Source of the DNA: Elusimicrobiota bacterium
GTDB lineage: Bacteria > Elusimicrobiota > Elusimicrobia > UBA1565 > UBA9628
Direction of reading: 5' to 3'
Assembly (NCBI GenBank): GCA_028865585.1
Contig: JAGWJU010000002.1
Location: 1 to 36,085 of the forward strand
Length of the DNA stretch: 36,085 nucleotides
Translations under genes and position numbers: made by a program
Notes under the pieces: model-generated
What the model saw: the letters and a program-made list of their open reading frames with translations, nothing else
Told to the model about the DNA's origin: nothing
Databases searched by the model: none
Part shown: positions 32,412 through 36,085 of the stretch, piece after piece
Position numbering within the stretch: the first letter of the stretch is position 1
Layout: each line of letters begins with the position of its first letter

Positions 32412-32939
32412 ATGCCAAATCCCGTCACCCGCCTTTTCTGGAAGGCCGCCATTCGTCTGCGCTGGCTTCTGCCCTCGAAGAAAGCCTCCGGAGTCGAGAT
32501 AGGACGGCGTATTCCGGATTTTGCTTTATCCAATGCGGAAGGACGCAGCTTCAGACTCTCTTCAGTTTTCCCTGATAAGGCCGCGGTGCTGTGGCTGACC
32601 AATCTCTGCTCAAGCTGCCAGGAGCGCATTCCGCTTCTAGAGCGGGTCTATTCGGAGAAACGCAAAAACTTGGAGATATTCGCCATTTCGACGCTAGGGG
32701 ACGATCGGCGGACGCCCGAAATAATCGCAGCGGAGCATCACCCGAGCTTCCCGCTGCTTTTGGACCCCAAAGACTGGGTGAAGAATACATTGGGATTGGA
32801 GCACCCATCAGGAGCCTGCCCTATGTATAACCTCCTAATGCTGGATCGCTCCGGACGCGTTCGCTTGCGCCACCACCTTTCGGCCATCCCGGACGAGCGG
32901 TTTTTGAAAGAGTTGGATTCCCTACTGGAGGCCGCATGA
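32412..32939 (+). CDS. Thioredoxin-fold redoxin (TlpA/AhpC-TSA-like) with CSSC active site
   Basis: 'IPDFALSNAEGRSFRLSSV...AVLWLTNLCSSCQERIPLLE'. Lies 9 nt after the reductase stop. Confidence 0.75.
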   Translation: MPNPVTRLFWKAAIRLRWLLPSKKASGVEIGRRIPDFALSNAEGRSFRLSSVFPDKAAVLWLTNLCSSCQERIPLLERVYSEKRKNLEIFAISTLGDDRRTPEIIAAEHHPSFPLLLDPKDWVKNTLGLEHPSGACPMYNLLMLDRSGRVRLRHHLSAIPDERFLKELDSLLEAA

Positions 32940-33571
32940 CAGGTCCTGATTTAAGCGCCTCCATGGAGAAATACCGTAAGCACGCCCCAGGTTATGATGA
33001 TAGCGCCCGTCGAACCGAAGGCTTGCGCCGCAGGACCATCCAAGCCCTTGATCTACGTGGGGGAGAAACAGTCGTTGATGTCGGATGCGGAACGGGCCTG
33101 AGCTTCGCTGGCCTGCAGAACCGCATCGGGCCTAAAGGAACTCTCATCGGCATCGAGCCCTGCGCAGAGATGATAGCCCGGGCACGCGAACGGGTGGAGA
33201 CATACGGATGGAAGAACGTGGTTCTGCTCGAGTCTTCGGCCGAGCGGGCGGTCTGGGACGCTCCGGCTGACGCCTATCTCTTTAATTTTGCCCATGACGT
33301 CTTGCGCTCTCATATCTCGCTCAAAAATCTCTTTAAGCATGCCGTCATCGATGCCCGCGTCGTGGCTTCTGGAATGAAGCTCATGCCGTGGTACCTGGCG
33401 CCGGTAAACCCCATCGTAAGGCGCAAAGCTCGACCTTATCTGACCACGTTCGACGGTTTTTCTCGGCCCTGGACGGTTCTGGAAAACTATGCCCTAAACT
33501 TGAACGTGCGGATATACGTCTTCGGGTTGTTTTATCTGGCACATGGCACTTTGTCATTAGGAAGTGGATGA
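32936..33571 (+). CDS. Class I SAM-dependent methyltransferase
   Basis: ATGA overlap with the previous gene. Motif I 'VVDVGCGTGLS'. Paralogous along its full length to 34847-35509. Confidence 0.8.
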   Translation: MTGPDLSASMEKYRKHAPGYDDSARRTEGLRRRTIQALDLRGGETVVDVGCGTGLSFAGLQNRIGPKGTLIGIEPCAEMIARARERVETYGWKNVVLLESSAERAVWDAPADAYLFNFAHDVLRSHISLKNLFKHAVIDARVVASGMKLMPWYLAPVNPIVRRKARPYLTTFDGFSRPWTVLENYALNLNVRIYVFGLFYLAHGTLSLGSG

Positions 33572-34884
33572 TGAAAAAGCGGATTTTGCTTCTGGCCCCC
33601 AGCGCATGGGACTTGGCGGGAATCAATAAACCCGAATTCCAGGCAAAATACGAATTCATCCAAGTTCCGATGGCGTTCTATCAAACCCATCCACTTCTAA
33701 TCGGGATCCGGTTCGACATCCTGCGTTTCATCGCCAGAGCCGTACGCCTAGGCCGCAAACTGAATGTCGATGGAATAGTCGGCACGCACGATTATCCGGC
33801 ATCCTTAGCCGCAGCGGCCGTGGCCGCAGAGTTGGGGCTTCCGGGGCCAGCCGTGAACAAAGCCCTGCTTTGCCAGCACAAATATCTTTGTCGTCTCAAG
33901 CAACGAGACATAATCCCCGAAGCCACTCCTGCCTTCAGTCTGATTGATCCCTTCGACTTTACGCAGCGCCTGCCGCTCAAATTTCCTATCTTCGTCAAAC
34001 CGGTCAAAGCAACCCTGTCCATGTTCGCCGGAGAAGCCGGCAATGAACGCGAACTCGCGGACCTCCTGAAACTTTCTCAACTGGAGCGGCTCGGAGGACT
34101 TATTGCTCTTCGGCCGTTTAACCGCATGCTCACGGCTTACACTGATTTTAAAACGCACGCGAATTATTTTATCGCAGAGGAAGTCCTGCGTGGCGCCCAA
34201 GTCACCGTCGAAGGCTTCGCGTACCGCGGCCGCCCGGAAATCATGGGCATCGTCGATTCGATTATGTATCCGGGCACGCGCAGCTTTGAGCGTTTTGAAT
34301 ATCCGTCCCGCTTGCCGCCCCAGGTTCAGGAGCGTATGGGAAACTTGGCTCTTCGCTTCATATCCTCCATCGGATTCAATGACGGGTGCTTCAATGTGGA
34401 AATGATTTACGACGCCCAGGAAAACTCCATCCACATCATCGAGGTCAACCCACGGCTATGTTCGCAATTCAGCGATCTTTACGAAAAGGTCAACGGCACG
34501 AGCGGCTATGCCGTGCAGTTGGCCATTGCCGCGGGCGAACGGCCGTCGTTTTCCAGAAGGGCCGGGAAATACCGTGCGGCGGCGAGCTTCGTCTTGAGAA
34601 CATTCGAGGACAAGAAGGTCCTGCGCCTGCCGGCTCAGCCGGCAATAACCGCCATCACGGAAAGGTTCCCGGGCACGCTGGTTATGCCGCTTTGCCGCAA
34701 GAACGCGTGGCTTTCCTCAGAACCTCAGGACCGGGAAAGTTTTCGCTACGCCGCCATTAATATGGGCGCAGGCGGCTTTGACGAGCTACACGCTTCTTTC
34801 CACGCCGCGCACGCGGCCCTGCCCTTTGAATTCACCGGCAGGACCTTCAGGACGGATTACCGTTTGTCCGAGAGCCTGACGTAA
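33568..34884 (+). CDS. ATP-grasp family ligase
   Basis: ATGA overlap with the previous gene; starts 'MMKKRILLLAPS'. 'FPIFVKPVKATLSMFA', 'YFIAEEVLRGAQVTVEGF', 'CFNVEMIYD...IHIIEVNPRL'. The track ORF from 33388 is an upstream extension. Confidence 0.8.
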   Translation: MMKKRILLLAPSAWDLAGINKPEFQAKYEFIQVPMAFYQTHPLLIGIRFDILRFIARAVRLGRKLNVDGIVGTHDYPASLAAAAVAAELGLPGPAVNKALLCQHKYLCRLKQRDIIPEATPAFSLIDPFDFTQRLPLKFPIFVKPVKATLSMFAGEAGNERELADLLKLSQLERLGGLIALRPFNRMLTAYTDFKTHANYFIAEEVLRGAQVTVEGFAYRGRPEIMGIVDSIMYPGTRSFERFEYPSRLPPQVQERMGNLALRFISSIGFNDGCFNVEMIYDAQENSIHIIEVNPRLCSQFSDLYEKVNGTSGYAVQLAIAAGERPSFSRRAGKYRAAASFVLRTFEDKKVLRLPAQPAITAITERFPGTLVMPLCRKNAWLSSEPQDRESFRYAAINMGAGGFDELHASFHAAHAALPFEFTGRTFRTDYRLSESLT

Positions 34885-35509
34885 TCGAATTCCGCCGATA
34901 AACGCCTCTGGCGATATAGCTGGCGCCCAACCAAATCTGGCGCACGTTCAAGTCCGGGATATAATCGGACTGCAGGAGGCTCCAAGGGCGATTGAGGCTT
35001 TCAGTCGTCGTCATATAGTTTCTGTTGACGACGCGGACGTAAATATTAAGGGGAGAAAGCCACCAGGGGAAAAGCTTGGTTCCTGCCAAAGCGACGCGAG
35101 CAGAATTCTTGGCCGAGGCAAAAATATTGGACAACGCCTTGGGAGAGCGCAGTACGTCCTGGGTATAGTGGAACAACGCCGCGTCCCAGGAAGGGATGAC
35201 TGCGGATTCCATCGAGGATTCAATAAGGGTGACGTTTTTCCAGCCCGCGCTTTCGACACGTTTTCGGGCCAGCGACAGCATATCAGGACTCAATTCCACG
35301 CCGACAATGCTCCCCCGAGACCCAATCTTTTCTTCCAAGAGGGAAAAACACGCGCCCGTGCCGCAGGCGACATCAAGAACTGTATCGCCAGGACGCAAAT
35401 CCAGGGCAGCGACCGCCCTCTCGCGGACCGAAGCCGCACGACGAGTGGCGCGATCGTAGTTCGAAGCCAATTCGTGGTAACGAGCGACAGCAAGAGAAGG
35501 ATCAGGCAT
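34847..35509 (-). CDS. Class I SAM-dependent methyltransferase (paralogue of 32936-33571)
   Basis: Start is ATG at 35509 or 35518, overlapping the upstream gene end. 'VLDVACGTGACF'. Collinear with the paralogue ('ALDLR.G.TV.DV.CGTG', 'GWKNV.L.ESS', 'DVLRS', 'RPW..L', 'LNVR'). The 3' end overlaps the ATP-grasp 3' end by 38 nt. Confidence 0.8.
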   Translation of the reverse strand: MPDPSLAVARYHELASNYDRATRRAASVRERAVAALDLRPGDTVLDVACGTGACFSLLEEKIGSRGSIVGVELSPDMLSLARKRVESAGWKNVTLIESSMESAVIPSWDAALFHYTQDVLRSPKALSNIFASAKNSARVALAGTKLFPWWLSPLNIYVRVVNRNYMTTTESLNRPWSLLQSDYIPDLNVRQIWLGASYIARGVYRRNSITSGSRTNGNPS

Positions 35510-35822
35510 CTTCGTCATTCTTAATGATTCTACCATTCGCCCTAAGTACCGCCATAATTTGGGGGATGCTGGGTGCTCCACCAAATCTGCAGGCTGTCGC
35601 GCCACGCACAGTTGCCGCTCCCGTGTTTATTTCTCGACCGTTTATCAAAATGGTAGGAGATGGGAAGCCGCGCCACGCACGAGGAGTTTTTTTCGATTGC
35701 ACATCGATTTCCTTCCAGATTGGCGCGAGGCCCGCATGCGATAAGGCCATTCTCAGATTTTTGCGAGCCTGCTCCACGTTTGGGCAGCCTTCAAAATAAA
35801 GAAGATAAATCTTCATCTTCAT
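35502..35822 (-). CDS. Small thioredoxin/glutaredoxin-fold protein (single N-terminal 'GCP' Cys plus a distal Cys)
   Basis: 'KIYLLYFEGCPNVEQARKNL...FPSPTILINGREI...ACRF'. GAAGG SD. The exact family was not recognised. Confidence 0.5.
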   Translation of the reverse strand: MKMKIYLLYFEGCPNVEQARKNLRMALSHAGLAPIWKEIDVQSKKTPRAWRGFPSPTILINGREINTGAATVRGATACRFGGAPSIPQIMAVLRANGRIIKNDEDA

Positions 35823-35841
35823 CTCGAACCTTCATCTAATA

Positions 35842-35868
35842 AGTGCAATTTTGAGGTCATTTGTTACA
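35842..35868 (-). promoter_or_regulatory. ECF-type promoter motif, copy D (TGTAAC-N16-GCACT)
   Basis: Minus strand reads TGTAACaaatgacctcaaaattGCACTtattag, ending 20 nt before the ATG at 35822. Confidence 0.5.
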
Positions 35869-35949
35869 AGCCATCTCCAATTGTCTTCTAATTTAATCAA
35901 TTTACATCTAGCCAAGTTACATTCGCTCTGAAGATCCAAAAAATTGTAT

Positions 35950-36085
35950 TTTATGCTTAAGTTATAATTACTTTTCGCCTCCGTAGCTCAACGGGAAAGA
36001 ACGCCTGTAACTGCTACGCGGTCGAGGAAAAAGAAGAGAAAATAGTCGTTTTTCTGCCGTTGCCGCTGTAATCCCGCCCCAGAGT
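35950..36085. repeat. Copy 2 of the diverged ~130-bp direct repeat (runs to the window edge)
   Basis: Aligns to 15204-15335. Hairpins AAGTTA-taa-TTACTT and CGTAGC...GCTACG carry compensatory changes relative to copy 1. Confidence 0.6.

Noticed and set aside
35905-35935. A fifth, weaker motif on the minus strand (ATGTAACT-N15-TGATT) upstream of copy D.
   Set aside because: It deviates in both the -35 (GTAACT) and the -10 (no NNACT). It lies in AT-rich sequence, where partial matches are expected.
35987-36050. tRNA-like string 'GCCTCCGTAGCTCAACGGGAAAGAACGCCTGTAAC' (also at 15243-15275), resembling an acceptor arm plus D-arm. This could have indicated a tRNA gene or an att site.
   Set aside because: No complementary 3' acceptor strand (CGGAGGC) occurs within 100 nt. 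The anticodon stem cannot be formed and U33 is absent, and there is no T-arm. It is not a tRNA and is reported only as part of the repeat.
1-36085. A search by eye for CRISPR arrays, transposase or integrase genes, IS inverted repeats, rRNA, and toxin-antitoxin or phage-defence genes.
   Set aside because: None were recognised. The only repeats found are the ~130-bp pair and the short promoter motifs. The 'island' idea therefore rests only on the repeat pair and the truncated genes, not on mobility genes.

Overview
High-GC bacterial window (probably metagenome-derived; phylum not assignable by eye). I found no rRNA, tRNA, CRISPR array, transposase or integrase. Almost all of it concerns soft-metal and thiol chemistry. 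Contents by coordinate: (1) 0.07-5.8 kb: an SSF transporter, an SCO1/SenC-like protein and a large lipoprotein of unknown function. (2) 5.8-15.1 kb, minus strand: a long Cu(I)/Ag(I)-type locus. A MerR-family regulator carrying Ser at the Cys82-equivalent position leads it. It is followed by an HMA lipoprotein, an outer-membrane barrel, a periplasmic HMA protein, a MerT/MerF-like 'CC' membrane protein, a possible small Cys-rich secreted protein and cusCBA. The locus ends in two apparent gene remnants (ArsR-like, DabA/DUF2309-like). (3) 15.3-16.2 kb: an ECF sigma factor with a small soluble RsrA-like ZAS anti-sigma. (4) 16.2-24.6 kb, plus strand: a 9-gene, translationally coupled operon. It runs porin, MFS, ArsS-like radical SAM/Cys-rich protein, metallophosphoesterase, two 'rSAM/selenodomain-associated' transferases, unknown membrane protein, DUF547, TVP38/DedA. 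(5) 24.7-27.7 kb: a compact mer operon (merR, merT-merP fusion, core merA, a CxxCxxC mini-protein) followed by two unannotated micro-ORFs ending in or containing CCC/CC. (6) 27.7-35.8 kb: a hypothetical protein plus an AhpD-like protein, then a bufferin-type RiPP operon (DUF2282 precursor, MNIO DUF692, DUF2063). This operon has no DoxX gene. Instead it is tightly coupled to a flavoprotein disulfide reductase, a CxxC redoxin, a SAM methyltransferase and an ATP-grasp ligase. A convergent thioredoxin-fold gene and a paralogous methyltransferase follow. Three sequence-level signals that the ORF track cannot show: four copies of an ECF-type promoter motif TGTAAC-N16-NNACT, each correctly oriented upstream of an operon; two near-identical MerR-type promoters (TTGACT-N20-TATAMT); and a diverged ~130-bp direct repeat with compensatory stem changes at 15.2 kb and 35.95 kb. 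All family assignments come from motif recognition by eye; no searches were run.
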